In this document: piece after piece, positions 1 through 13,262 of the stretch | How the letters are laid out: the number at the start of each line of letters is the position of its first letter | Numbering within the stretch: the first letter of the stretch is position 1 | NCBI GenBank assembly: GCA_028534125.1 | Contig: CM052817.1 | Location: forward strand, 104,348,001-104,412,000 | Direction of reading: 5' to 3' | DNA: 64,000 nucleotides | Source: Lama glama | Lineage: Eukaryota | Notes under the pieces: model-generated | What the model saw: only the letters and a program-made list of their open reading frames with translations | Told to the model about the DNA's origin: nothing | Database searches by the model: none | Position numbers and translations under genes: made by a program

Positions 1-519
1 GTAGATGTCCTCTTTCAAACAAAAACAAGACCAGTGTTTGGTGGATGCATTGAAAAAGTTGGTTAAAGATGTAACAGTAAAAATTATCTCTATATACCTC
101 ATATTTTTAACAACCAAAATTACATAAGTACACGTTCATTCACTAAGATTTAGATGACTCACACTTACTTGCTTTGAATAGAGAACTTCCAATTGGAGAC
201 CTTTGTCATGTTGCTTAGACCACACTGATTTGTAATTTTGTAACTTGAGTTTATTTAAATTAAAACAACCACTTAAAGATATTTATTAACAAATAAAACC
301 ACCCAGATATCCACATTCTTCTAAATATTAACATTGTTTAACCCAGTCTTTATGTTTTCTTTATATTTATACTCATTTCATTCAACTGTATTTTTTCAAA
401 TATTGCGTTTTGTACCTTTCCAAAAATACAGCATAGTTTTCACGTAAGCAACTCTTTTTATAATTTTAGTCAATTTACATAATATTTAATTAAATTATGT
501 AATCAATACTACCTTAAGA

Positions 520-907
520 ATAACTAGCTTTCCCCAAAGTCACTTTCCTTCTTCTTCTATATATGCAAGACGTTATTTCTAAACCTCCCTTGCAGTTAAA
601 TATGGCCATGTAAACAAATTCTTCCCAGTAGAACATGAGAGAAAATGTGTTGGTTACTTCCTGCCCTGGTCCATTGGACCTCCCAGGAAACAGGCTCTGT
701 GTCCTTGTCCACTATTTGCAAACTGGTACAATAATGACCAGAGCAACTGTCAAAGTCACATGTTGAAAACAGAATACTTCCTCTTTGCCAGGGTCCTCAA
801 AGACCTAATGGAAAAATACATCCTCTGAGTTGGGGACTATTTACCATAGAGAGTGAGAAACAAACTTCTGCTGGCCTGAGTGCTGTATTTTCATTAACCA
901 TAATACA
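520..907 (+). mobile_element. Old MaLR (MLT1-type) LTR
   Basis: Contains MLT1-like motifs 'cctcccttgcagttaaatatggccatg' and 'gtgagaaacaaacttctg', ending in 'taataca'. Boundaries are approximate. Confidence 0.55.
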
Positions 908-1320
908 GAAATTAGCATCTTGAGCTGAGGTGTTGCTCTAACAAAAACTTAACGCTATTTAGCATTGGTTTAGTGGTCAGGCAGTTGGCTGCAAACTGCA
1001 AGCACATAGACACTGCAGACTGGAAAGCTGTAACCTATGTTTTGTCAGGACAAAATATTTAATGAAACCATGACCTGAGGTCTCTAGAAAGGCATACCAA
1101 GTCCATCATTGTAGGAGAACTTGCTAGAAAGAGCCAGAATGTTAGTGCATGCTGGCTGTTCCTCCCTGCTGTAAGCAAAACTTTTCAAGAAAGGCAACAG
1201 CTTTGCCTGGTTTGCAGGCAAACAAAAAGATTAGAGTTTATAAATACAGAGCCAAGGAGTCTTTGAAGAGCTAATAGCTCCTGTGCTTCAAACAAGAAGA
1301 GAAGAAGTTATACAGAATTC
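908..1320 (+). mobile_element. MaLR internal (MLT1-int-like) fragment following the LTR
   Basis: 'ggtgttgctctaacaaaaactt...agcattggtttagtgg...gactggaaagctgtaacctatgttttgt' resembles the start of MLT1 internal sequence and directly follows the LTR end. Confidence 0.5.
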
Positions 1321-1457
1321 TTGTAAATGCCTTCTTCACAACTAGACATCTTCCTACAATAAAATTTCTAACTTCTCAAGACAAAACAAACAAACAAAAT
1401 TGACCTTGCTCACCTCTCTTGAGGCTCAGATGAAGACTGAAGACTGGAGTCCGGGGT

Positions 1458-1615
1458 CAGGGCTTGAACAAGGAAAGCAAGGCAGCCACATTCAAAATTT
1501 AAGGAAGCACTCACTCTCAGTTGCTTACCCTACCCATGCATGACCCTGAGAATGAGTGCCTCCTTAAATTTTACACCCAAGCCTCCTGCCTTGTCTGGCC
1601 CTGGTCCCTACCTTG
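1458..1615. mobile_element. Palindromic hAT-type MITE (MER96-like)
   Basis: Inverted arms at 1494-1520 and 1546-1572 match at 25/27 positions (aaaatttaaggaagcactcactctcag / ctgagaatgagtgcctccttaaatttt). Confidence 0.7.
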
Positions 1616-1911
1616 GTTTTTGCCCTTATATGTTAGGAGGATGGTCTTTTGGGTCTCCGACTTGTTTCAGAGGTGAAATGTGAGATCACTAGGAGATATG
1701 GCTGGTGCAGGAGGCAGTAGATGCAGTGTGTTTGGGGTCCTGAGGTGAGACAGGTTTCTCATCAAAGCAGAAGAAATGTGCTCCTGGTTCAGGCCAGGAG
1801 CAGCCCCCTTGTCAGGCCAATTCCATGCTGTGGTTCTGGAAACTGTCTTATAAATGTGACCTACAGCCAAGGATCCTATCCTTTCCAAGGATTCTGAGAG
1901 CTACAGACGTC

Positions 1912-2520
1912 TTTTTTTTTTATTGAAATATAGTCGATTTATAATATGTTAATTTATTTTTTGTTTGTTTTTTACAGTTACTTTTTTTATGTATTTTTGT
2001 TGAAGTATAGTCATCCCACAATGTTGTGTCAGTTTCCAGTGTACAGCACAATGCCTCAGCCATACAGGAACACACACACATTCATTCTCACATTCTCTTT
2101 CACCACACATTACCACAAGACATCAAACACAGTTGCCTGTGTTACACAGTATAAACCTGTTGTTTATCTATTTTATGTATATTAGTTAGTATCCACAAAT
2201 CTTGAACTCCCAAGTTATCCCTTCCCATCCCTTTCCCCCACTGATAACCATAAGTTTGTTTTCTATGTCTGTGAGTCTGTTTCCATTTTGTAAATTAGTT
2301 AATTTGTCTGTATTTTTTTTTAGATTCCACATATAAATGATATAATATGATATTTTTCTTTCTCTTTCTGGCTTATTTCACTTAGAATGACATTCTCCAG
2401 TCCATCCATGTTGCTGCAAATGGCGTTTTATTCTTTTTTATGGCTGAGTAGTATTCCATTGTACAAATATACCACCACTTCTTTATCCAGTCATCTGTTG
2501 ATGGACATTTAAGTTGTTTA
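1912..2520 (-). mobile_element. L1 3' end, cetartiodactyl/camelid type, 5'-truncated
   Basis: Poly-T is followed by 'ttgaagtatagtc...gtgtacagcaca...ttccacatataaatga...ttgctgcaaatggc...gagtagtattccatt...gatggacattt'. A second short L1 terminus lies at 1912-1951. Confidence 0.85.
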
Positions 2521-2693
2521 TATTAAATATCTCCCCTTTTAAGTGAGATGGAATAGATTCTGCTACCTAAAATTTAGAATTCTGATGGTCAGAAATTTTG
2601 ACTTTGCCATGTGCTGGTTTCCTTTGAGGTTTGTTTATTCTGAGCTGCAATTTTGTCATCTGTGAAAGGGTAATAATAATGGTACCTTATGAG

Positions 2694-3175
2694 TGCAGGG
2701 GAGAAAAGATGTCTTTCTCCTCTACTGCTCTAAATTCTTGGCTTTGGACCACTGTTAAAAAAAAAAAAAGGACAGGTTAACAAGAGAAAAAGGATACAAA
2801 TTTATTAATTATACATTTTAAATAACATGGGAGCCTTCATAAGGAAATGAAGACACACAGAAGCAGTTAAACTTCACTATTTTTATGTGAAGTCTGATGA
2901 AGTGTGGAGAGTCATGGGAAAATGTGATAGAACAGAAAAGGCTATGAGCTAAGAGTAAAATAGAAGGAAAGAGCAAGGCCTGTTCATTCAGATTCCTCTC
3001 TCTGTCTTGGAGATAAGGATGCTCCTTTCCTTCAGATATAAGGAGAGTTCCTCTCATTTGAGGGTTTTATGACCTGCTTCAGGGGAAGGTCAGAAAGTCC
3101 TTCCCACATAAGATGTTTCTCAAATTCCTCGAACTTAAAATATTCAAGGTGCCAAACTGCTACATTTTGGGGTTA
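2694..3175 (-). mobile_element. ERV1 solo LTR (MER34/MER39-like)
   Basis: The minus strand starts 'ccccaaaatgtagcagtttggcaccttgaatattttaag', typical of MER34/39 LTRs. A minus-strand AATAAA lies near 2800. It sits next to a MIR remnant. Confidence 0.65.
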
Positions 3176-4639
3176 TTTGGGGCTTATTTTGAAAATTAAA
3201 CATGATTTATATAACAACAGTACAAGACATACATGAGATAATTAATACAGATTAGCTATGTTTTGTTAACATTATTTCTTAATTTGGGAATTGGTCTTCC
3301 ATGCATCTCATCTTTCTTTACCTCTAGTTTGGAGTCACCAAGGTAATTTTCCCTGTTTTTGTCCCTGGCTTTGGCTGACACTGTTATTTTAATGATATGG
3401 GTCTCTATTCTACCATTTTTCTCCCATTCCAAGTGCCTTACATTGAAAGTCTATTGGGCACCTCAGTTCCAATGAGATTCAAATTTTGCAGTTCCTTTGC
3501 ACGCCTTTTGGAGACTTGAGTCCTAAATCCCAGCCCTAGGAATTTCTGTTCTTTCTCCTTGATGCCCTTAGATATATGCCTGTCTTCATAGCACACCCAT
3601 GGGTTTATACTCTTCATCCCTATAAATACATGTCTGCTTGCCCATGACTGCTTGTGGAGTTTTCCCAGTGTCAGCTCTGTCTTGACCACCATATGCTGCC
3701 TGCCGCCATATTGGTGGACAATGCCAACCTCACTGTTACTGGTAGATGTGCCCTGAGCACTTACCTCATCCCAGAGAATTTACTAGATCTTTGAAACAGA
3801 GTGCCTGTGCTTCTTCCTACCCAATTCCCATTTTTTCAGGGACTATCATAATACTAAAACTGTTCTGTTCTCATTTAGAACATGTTGCTTTTTCTCCTTT
3901 GAGTCAATAATGATAGTGTTCTGCAGATAACCATGAAAGAGGATTTTTCCTTACTTTCCAATGCATATATGTATATTTTTCTAGATGGTTGAACATCAAT
4001 AAGGAAGCTATCGTGTGATATGAGAGGGCCTATTCCTTTCAACAATTTGATCTTCAGATGAACATCATATATAGTAGCTCAGAGGAAAAGGTGTATCAGA
4101 TGTAAGTCTGAACAGTGCACTGACCTCATCTGACTTCCTGTGTAGGGACTCTGGAATGCCACAGGAGGTTTTAGATTAATGGTCAGATGAAGATCTAACC
4201 TTTGTAAAGGCAGTCTCTAACTTGGGTTCAATCATAAATAGGTTTGACTCCCGCATGACCACTCCAAACTTGCACTCATTTTGCCTTGGGCCCTATAACA
4301 GAAATGTTTTCCTTTTTCTGTTATCCCCCTCCTTTCCATCTTTTCCCCTTTATTCCTGCAGTAGAAAACACTGAACCTTCACAAGATGACCTGTGGGAAT
4401 TCACTCTACTCAACCCCTGCTCAGTATTTCCTTTCTCTTCTCCTTTAGCAAACACAGATCACTGGCAAACTAAATCCTACTTTCAGCTGAACTCTTTTGC
4501 CATTGTGATCTCAGCCCACCTCTCCCCGCCCCCAGTATATCAGACTCCTTTGATTCCAAATGACAGGATGTTAAGTGATTCACATAAATCATGCTCAGGG
4601 CGCCCTCTGCCACCCGCCAAGTGGGGCTCATGGACAGAA

Positions 4640-5030
4640 AAGTCTAAGACTGCATCTGCCTCCAAGCCTAATAGAATCTAGCTCAAGACACCTTGTCTCT
4701 TCTTTTAAATTGACCTTTCCTTATGTCTTCCGGCAGTCAAAGCTCATAGCCTATCAGCCTGTTGATCCCAGTAGTAAAATTGTGTCTTCCCCTTGGGCTC
4801 TGGCAGAAAATTACCAAACAGGGCCTCCAATCACATGCTGTTTCGCAGTCCATCACTATGGCCGGGAGGTGTGAGTTCCCGCACTGTGAGTGGCCGGGGC
4901 TGGGTCACATGGACACCACCGTGGTAGTGTGCACACAGCCCGACCCACCTCACGCAGAATGAAGATGGTTCTGTCATCAGAGGGAGGGTGGTATGCTTGG
5001 AAATCAGGAACAACCATCTGCTCATTGACT
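4640..5030 (-). mobile_element. Old MaLR LTR fragment (MLT1J/K/L-like)
   Basis: 'catcactatggccgggagg...tggccggggctgggtcacatg...agggagggtggtatgcttgg...caaccatctgctcattgac' matches the antisense MLT1 pattern. Confidence 0.5.
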
Positions 5031-5624
5031 GCCCAGTATCCACGTACACTGTTTTTCAAATGTGATATCCTTAAATGCCCATTCACAGAAAACAACTATT
5101 CTTGTAAAATCGAAGCCAAAATTCCCCACTTCCTAAAAGAAACTCTTTTCTTCTTATTGCCTTCACCTTTAAGTCCAGACCACTGAATCATGAGCCTTCC
5201 AACTTGTATAATCTCTAGAGTGTCTCTCCATGAACAGAGAACCTATGGTTACCTAATATCCAAAACTTGGGCACCAACACACCTAAAAATACAGTGATGG
5301 AAGTTTTTTAAAGGGTAACAAAATTTTAAATTGCACTTTAGGAAACAGAATTGGAGGACACAAATGGAACATGTCCCATTGGACAAGATAACAAGGGTCC
5401 CAGTCCTGGCAAAGAATGAGTTTCTTGGGAAGCTAATATGTCAGCTTTCTGTGCTGGACTCCAGGGAACTCTTTCTTGTCTATGGTCATGGCTGCGTAAG
5501 AGAAGAGTCCCTGCCAGGGGCTATGCATTCCAGCTTCTGAAGATGTGGGTTTGGAATTCTGCAGTTTACCTTAAGTTTAACACAACCATAGGACTTCTTT
5601 GCCAGGCATTAGGCAAAATAATAT

Positions 5625-5822
5625 CTAATGCCTTGTAATAGCCTAGAATGAAAAAGAATATGAAAAGGAATATATATATATACATGCATAATTGAATCAC
5701 CGTGCTATACACCAGAAATCAACACATTGTTAACTGACTATATGTCAATAAAATAATTAAACAAAATATTAAAAAATAAAATACCAATAAATAAAATAAT
5801 AAAATAAATCAGGAAAAAAAAT
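5625..5822 (+). mobile_element. Short L1 3' end
   Basis: 'cttgtaatagcctagaatgaaaaagaatatg...ctatacaccagaaatcaacacattgttaactgactat' followed by an A-rich tail. Confidence 0.8.
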
Positions 5823-6924
5823 AAGACCATGCTGGGCTAATGTATATATGAATACCAGACCTCTGAGTGGACAAAACTAAAAATATTCTTTTCACCTAAA
5901 CTCGCTGATAATCTTTTTCTACAACAAGCCACCTCCTCAGAAGACAAAATTAAACACTGTAAAACAGTTTCTTCATTGCATGAAAAAATTAAGACTGAAT
6001 TCCCAAGTAATTTCTTCAATAGTTAGATCCCATTAGAGAAAGGATCCCTCAGAGGGCAAGATGAGAGCATATTAGTAGGTGAATTATACTGAAGTCTATT
6101 TGCACAATATTTCTCAGGCATCGACAACCATTCGTTCACTCATATCCATATACATTCCTTCCTTCATTCATCTCTGCCTCATCTTATGAAGGATTTGATG
6201 TAGTTTATAGGGACACGTCCAGTAACTAAAGTATAAATAACTAAATAATCAGGTAAGGAGAAAATATGTTTGAATAGAGGTTTAAAGACCAGAAAGATGT
6301 AGGCTTTGGGAAAGAACTGTACTTGTCTACTTCAAAAACTGTCCAAATTATTCAAAGAATAAATAAGAAGAATAATGGCTATGTGGTACTGAAATTTAGA
6401 CCAATTCAGCCACGTATCACAGACTCAGAATTTTCAGAGACGGTAAAATTTGTATCAACACAGACAACTTAAAGTAATATATTATTTGGTAGCCTTTACT
6501 GAATGCCCAATGGTGCTCGCACTGTGTTCAGTGTTTTACCTGCATTATTCCTTTTGAGGCTGGTACCAAACCTGGGTTGAATATTGAGGATGGTAATTAA
6601 CCATACAGATGAATGACTGGCATTTGTTCAGACTGGTTAAACATCCACTCTTATCAGTCCATGTCCATACTCTGCCAGTTCTTATAAGCATGTTATAATC
6701 TTCCCTTTATGATTAGAAATGAAGTCTCAAAAAGGCTAAATACTTTCGCTAGGAAATTACAGAGAATTAATGGCAGATTTTGAATTACCAGCCTAGCATC
6801 TCTGACTCCATTATCTGATCAGTTAACTTTTTCATATTCTGCTCACACTGGAAGGTTATACCCAGTTCTACTTCCTGAGAGTCATAATTCAGTGGAAGAC
6901 AATTTGCAGGACCTCAGTAATATC

Positions 6925-7597
6925 TGTTACTGAGTCAACCTGGGACCACTCGCCCCTGCGCAGTAAAGACCATCTCCTGACACTGGTTTGTGGAGAAGGA
7001 AAGTGCAGGGTTTACTGTAAGGCACCAGACAAGGAGTCCAGGGCAGCTAGTGCTCAAAACCACCTGAATTCCCCGGTGGATTCCAAGGGGGCACTTTTGA
7101 AGGACAAGTGAGAAGGGAGAGTCACAGGGTACGTGATCAGCTCGTACACCATTCTCCAGTTGGTTGATGGTGAGGTAACAGGGTAGTGTCACAGGGGTTA
7201 ATATCATTCATCCTCAGGCTCCAGCTGGTCTGGGGGCTGTGTGCTCCTGGTCATCATACAGTTAACTTTTTCCATTTGGCAAGGGTTTTAGCATCGTAAA
7301 ACAACTCAGGAAATGTGCATCAGATACTGTTACCGATGTACTTCAGGGACGAACTGAAGATTCTGTGATTGCCATTTGGTTGACTTACTGTTTAAATTCC
7401 TGCCAGTTCTCCTGGCCCAACTGCTATTTTTCTCATCACATGTTCACATCCTTCCAGTCATTAATTCTTGAGCCAGGCTTTTGTGACTCAGGGGAGGCCT
7501 GGGAGACTACAGTTTTTCTCCAAACAAGAGACTGGCAGGGGACATGGCAGGGAGGAGTTTATTCCAAGAAGGCCACAGAGGGTCCTGCTCAGTTCCA
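6925..7597 (-). mobile_element. ERV1 solo LTR, 673 bp, with 4-bp TSD
   Basis: TG...CA termini with TATC on both sides (6921-6924 and 7598-7601). The minus strand starts TGGAACTGAGCAGGACC. Confidence 0.9.
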
Positions 7598-9109
7598 TAT
7601 CTTTTCATCTTGAAGACTATGTACTAAAAACTTGATAAGTCACTGGAGAGGCCAGAGCAAGACACTGAGACACTGTTAAGCATTCAGAAACTTTTTGAGT
7701 GCCTAATATATACTAAGCATGATTCTAAGTGCTTGGATAAAAACCTTGTACCTTTTATTTCAGTTATTCCCCCTCTGCATCCCATTCTAAGCTGGCGAGA
7801 GCAAACCCTGTAGAACACGCATCCTGTATTTGTTCCTTCCATGTGAACAAAGATTACAGGTGTAAGAAAAATTTTCAAATAATCTCTTTAGGACAAAGAT
7901 TCCCGTTAGTAGAAGTTAGTTTTGATTGTGAGTGCATTTTTACTATTTGAAATGTGGAGACATTTGTTTAACAAAATGTTACTTAGAATCTGATAATGTG
8001 TCTCTTCACTTGTGAATGAGAGTGAATGACTGCTCTCCAGAGTGAATCAGAGAAGTAAGCGGATCTAGTGATCTGTGTGGAGTCAATTACTCCATAACCC
8101 CTACGAAATGACGCGGCTTCCCCTAATCGAATATTTCACCAATCATACCGAAGTGAGGGTGAGCTGGACTGGTGATGGAGAGAGACAGTTGTTTCAGGAC
8201 ACAGAGAAGCCTGCGTTTCAATTCTTTTTACGAAGCCAGCAGAATACTTCAGAAAAATGATACCTTTGGAAGAGTTGCATTGATAAAATAGACCCAAAGT
8301 CATTTAACCGTTTTGAAATAAATGCCATAGTCTGTGTCTTCTGTCTGGATTGTAGCTTAATGGGTGTAAGGCTTTAAAAACAAAACCGTGCCCCACTCCT
8401 ACGTTTACATGCTGTTTAGAACGCTCCTTCATTTCTCTGCTTTGGTTTGGAACGTTGCATTAACAGAACTACCAGTGTTACCTTGTAATGAGGGGTCAGG
8501 TGTCTGACATCAACCTGTGGGAAAGAAACTATAATTTTTTAGCATCCTGCTTTGTACTTGTCACTGAACTAGATACTCAAGAGATGCCTAGTGGTTGTTG
8601 GTTTGCTTGCCCCAGCTTTGCTTCTTGGCAGTCTATAATTTACAGCTTTACTTCTAAGAAACCATTAACATACCACATCCAGAAGTCACACCAATCTGAG
8701 GTATATGAAACTATAAGGAATACCCTAATTAATTCAGTAAATTAATAAACAGAAGTTGGCATTGAAACCACTCCTCACTGCCGGATGTCACAAAGCACAA
8801 AAAAGAAAAAAAAAAGAGTTAGAAAAATATTCTCCTGGGGTTTCTTAGAGATAGTTTTAGGTTTAAGGGGAGAATTAGATGTGTATTTAAACAGTCCGAT
8901 AGAGAAGTCTATCATTTTGTCTGTTCAAGACTCGAACTCTTAAAATTCTTCTTGAGACTTAGTCCCTAGCCCTTGGGAGTTCAGTGATCACATCTTGTTG
9001 CTTGGGTAGCAGACCTGAGGGGGCGACGGCAGGGGAAAGGCAACCTTTTGAAGCCAAATTTATGTTACTTTCTTTGCTCAACTGCATTCTTTTAAAATAA
9101 ATGATGTCA

Positions 9110-10010
9110 GAAGACAAATAGTCCTCCCAAATAGGTAAAAGATTTGAACAGATATTTCACCAAAGAAGATCTCTAGATGATGGCCAAGCACATGGAAAGA
9201 TACTCGGCATCGTTATTCATTGATGAGCCATACAAATGAAACCAAAAAGAGATGCCACAGTGCACGTGCTAGAATGGCTAAGACTTGGGAGACTGGCGAT
9301 ACCAAACGTTAGTGAGCATGAGAAGCTAGTTTGGCAGTTTCTTACAAAGTCAAACAGACATTCACGGTATAGCATCACAATTCCCATGTGAAATAATACT
9401 GTGTGCCCAGAAAGCATATCTTGAAATATTTTTAACAGCTTTATGGAGAATACCCCAGTTGTGAGACAATCAGAATTTCCGTTAACTGATAAACAGGTAA
9501 GCAAATTATGATGTAGTCATATGATGCCAATAAAGAGGTGTGAGCTATAGATACATGCAACATGGATGGGCCAAGTGAAAGGAGTCAGGCTCACAAGAGT
9601 ACACACTGTAGGTTTCCTCTGATGTTGCATTCTGGAAAAGGCAAAAAATAAAATAAAATAAAATAAAAATAGTAAAGTAAAGTAAGATAAATAAAATAAA
9701 ATAAAATAAAATAAAATAAATAAAAATAGTAAAGTAAAGTAAAATAAATCCAAATAAAATAAAAATAAAGTAAAATAAAATAAAATAAAATGCTGGTGGA
9801 AAGCAGCTCAGAGGTTGCTGGTGGCCACCAAACTGTGTGGGAGGGGACTGACCATAACAGAACACAGGGAACTTTTTCAGATGATGTAAATGTTCTGAAT
9901 TATTACTGCAGTGATCATTATCCAACTGTACACATTTGTCAAAACTCATCAAATTGTACATTTAAAATTGGTTATATTGTATGTAAATTATACCTCAGTA
10001 GAACTGGCAG
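9110..10010 (+). mobile_element. Old L1M 3' region
   Basis: 'aaagatttgaacagatatttcaccaaagaagat...gtttggcagtttcttacaaag...ggaactttttcagatgatgtaaatgttctg...tgtaaattatacctcagta'. Confidence 0.75.
9643..9790. repeat. (AAAAT)n/(AAAGT)n pentanucleotide microsatellite inside the L1
   Basis: Directly visible run of about 150 bp with variant units. Confidence 0.95.
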
Positions 10011-11979
10011 AAAAACGACACAAAATATGGCGGAGGAAAACATTAAGCAAAAGTGTCACCACTTGTTTGGATAGGCTTACGCTCCTGAACATTTTTCACA
10101 AAATGAGAATAAAACATGCCAGAAGAGATAAACAGACAATTTCTGAAGAAACCACGTGGTCTCTCTGCTGATCCCAAACTCTTGTTTTTTCAGTGTTTAT
10201 CCCTGTGGAATCGAGAACATATTCTTTAAAGAATGAATTGATGATAGCTTGTGTAGTTTTTCCACAGAAAGCATGTAATACATTTCAATGGAAGTCCCAG
10301 AACATCCACAAAAGTCACGAGGGACCTTAAAATGATGCAATGAGAGAGAAGACGTGCAAGAACGACAGATAGCAACTCCATGCTGTTGTTAGCTAGGATA
10401 CAGATTTCATCATAAAAAAATAAATAAATAAAATAAAGGACTCAGTGAGTGGTCCATCACTGGCAAAAGGAAATATCTTTTTGTGGAGTTTATATTCTCA
10501 TTAAATTCCAGCCACAGAGCAACCATTTGAAAGGCCCATTCGTCTTCCGGGAAGGCACCACCTTATCATCGTGGAGATCAGCCTGCGACTTGATCCATCG
10601 ACCAACGCTTCCCAGAAGGCAGTGTCTTGACCCGGATGCTGATCGTCATAAAACGCTGTGACCTGAATCACGGGGACTGAAAGTCTCTGCATTTCCCCTT
10701 TAAATATGAATTTCAAGTGACTGCCTTTGCAAAGGGATTGAATTGTAAAGCAAAAGAGGCAAGAGTGAAAGGGCTCATAAAGAGAGTATGGAGGCAGTGA
10801 TCTGGAGGGTCAAAAAATTGCCACAAATGGTTCCGTACTCTCAAAATTATCCTTTTAGTTACCTGTTAGTAGAGGATCTACACTTTCAACACAAATCTTC
10901 TTAGATATTCTAAAGCCTGTGATTGAGACCAACAGCAGTGATGTTATTAACCAGCTGCCTCCACAGTACCTCCATGTATTGTCTTCCTGATAAAATTTTA
11001 ACTATTTTTCACAGAACATAACTTGCGTGCCTTCTGTATGTAAAATGATATGCTGAGTGGCGGTGATGGGGAGTCCTGTGAGAGACATGTCTGCCCCCAG
11101 CTGGTGGATGGTCCATGAAGAAAAAGGCCTGAGAAACAGTCAAGCATCGCTGAGGACAAAATGCACTAAATACTTGAATGAAAGTCAAAGTGTAAGACTC
11201 CTGGGACGTCTTGAGCATTTTCTTGGATATGCATTTTTTTAAATTTTCTTCTTTTGGTATCCATTGGGTTGATAAATCTCAGTTCTCTAAAGAGCAACAA
11301 GAAAAACTCAAAAAGACAGAAAAGGGTGAGGAGGTGGGGATGAATGCTGGAGAGTGGCAGATCGGGACTCCAACAGTGACCTGTAGTAGGATCTCAACAA
11401 AATGCTAGTTTCCGCCTTTTCTCCCCCACCCAACCCCCGCGTGCCACATCAAACCTGTGGCCTTCCTGCCAGAAGTAGATCAGAAGCTGCCCTCTTTCCA
11501 GGGCACAGTTAGCAATGTTCCCAGGGCAGTTTCTCACCTGCATTCTCACCACGTCCTCCAGCCACTCTGACCACCTGCAGGTGCTCCTACACGTAGATCG
11601 TGTGCAGACTCTCTCTCCTCCACCGTCCATCACGGGCTGCTCCATCTGACCCCACTCTCAGGTCCTCTCCTTTCCTCTCTTTTCTTTCATACTCAACTCA
11701 GATAAATTTTCTCACTGTGTTCTCCTGGGAAACATCCTGCTTCACCCAAAACTAAGCCCTTCTCCTGATACCGGTCTTACGCCGGCCCTGCTTGTTGTTG
11801 TCTTAAAATCAGCGAATCAGGTCCTTTAATCTGTCCCTGCGAATTACATCTGCTCTGTAAAGCCCTTGCTGGACTGAGGGTTGGCAACAGATTCCTCTTA
11901 AATCTTCCTGAACTGAATTTGAGACGCCCAGGGCCCGGTCCCATAAGGCGTGTTCTCCTTTGATGTGTGAAATGTTAAT

Positions 11980-12475
11980 AATTCATATATTCATGCAGCA
12001 GTACTGAAGCGGCTGCTACATGCCAGGCTTTGTTCTAAGCAGAAGGGGCATAACACTGAGCAGAACAAAGTCCTATTCTCATGCAGAGAGAAGGGAGAGC
12101 CGCACAGACGACAAACAATAAACAAACACATCAATAAGTATTGTGATGAAATATAAAGCAGAATCAGGGAAGAATGATTAGAGGTCTGTCTGGGAGGGTG
12201 ACACTTGAGTCAAAATAGGAAAGAAGCGAGGAAGTAAAGCATGTTGATATTTGTGGGAAGAGAAGTCGAGAAGAGAGGACAGCGATGCAAAGATTGAAAC
12301 GGGAGCTTGCTGGAGTGTGGCTGGAGCTGACAGGGTCGGGGACAGGAAGTGGGCCAGGGGTGACGGGAGAGCTGGTTCTGCATCTCCTGCAAGGAAACAG
12401 TCATGGTTGGGGGTGTTCCTGAGAGACAGGGAAACCCATTAGAGGCTTTGGAACAGGGGAGTGACAGCGTGACTT
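11980..12475 (-). mobile_element. L2 LINE 3' fragment
   Basis: 'ctgctacatgccaggctttgttctaag...gacaaacaataaaca...gaggctttggaacaggggagtgaca' is typical of antisense L2. Confidence 0.65.
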
Positions 12476-13204
12476 TTCTTTAGAGGGAAGAATTTGAAGC
12501 AGAGTTGAGACACAGATTCCAAGTCTTTTGTTAGACTAGGCAGAGGTAGCTTGGCATTTTGCAGGCTTGCTTTCCTCCTTTAAAAATGGGGCTAATAATA
12601 ACTGCCTTGTCAAACTGAGAAAATTAAATGAGGACTTAAACAGCATGCCTGACATATGATGAACATCTTATTGAAAGTGCTAAACGTTATTTCATTTGTA
12701 TTTGTCAATATCAGCTTTATCTCTCTCATAATTTATGTTTTTCTTGGGATCACATCTGAGCAATTGTGGAAACTCTGGATAGATGCCAGAGATACCCATT
12801 TCTTTACGCTTTATATATGAAATTTTGAGTCACCTTAAGCAAAATCCAGAAAATATTTGGGTTTAAGGCAAAGCAGCAGAACCAGGTATGATGCTAACCT
12901 GTGGTGACTAGTGACTTGACCTGTTTCAGGTAGTTTGAGAGGCACCACTCACGGCTTTAAGTATTTTGTGTTGTAAATGAACTCATGAGACTGTCTTAAG
13001 GGAAACAGACATGTAGCCCTCACTGATTAATTCTCAAATAGACTTATTCTTAAAAACGTGATGTTAAATTTCTTAACCCTTTTAAAAGTATTTTGGCAGA
13101 AGTTTGAATTCAGAGGAAAAGGGGATTATTATGTATAAAATCATAATAAATTTGAATTCTTTAATTCCACCTAATTTTTTGTCCCTGAAACTCAAAGATA
13201 GTTG

Positions 13205-13205
<1 letters not shown>

Positions 13206-13245
<40 letters not shown>

Positions 13246-13262
13246 TACTACTACTACTACAA
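13206..13262. repeat. Compound trinucleotide microsatellite (TTA)n(CTA)n
   Basis: Directly visible; it produces the spurious poly-Leu ORF at 13104-13304. Confidence 0.95.

Noticed and set aside
4762..5186. Overlapping ORFs, one containing VVVCTQP reminiscent of DEAH-helicase motif Ia
   Set aside because: No other helicase motif follows, and the DNA fits an antisense MLT1 LTR.
9517..9961. Hydrophobic F/Y/I/L-rich ORFs resembling membrane proteins
   Set aside because: Translation of the (TTTTA)n microsatellite within an old L1.
10501..10716. CpG-rich stretch with open frames on both strands as a coding exon
   Set aside because: No recognisable protein in any frame and no in-frame partner exons; kept only as a weak non-coding exon candidate.
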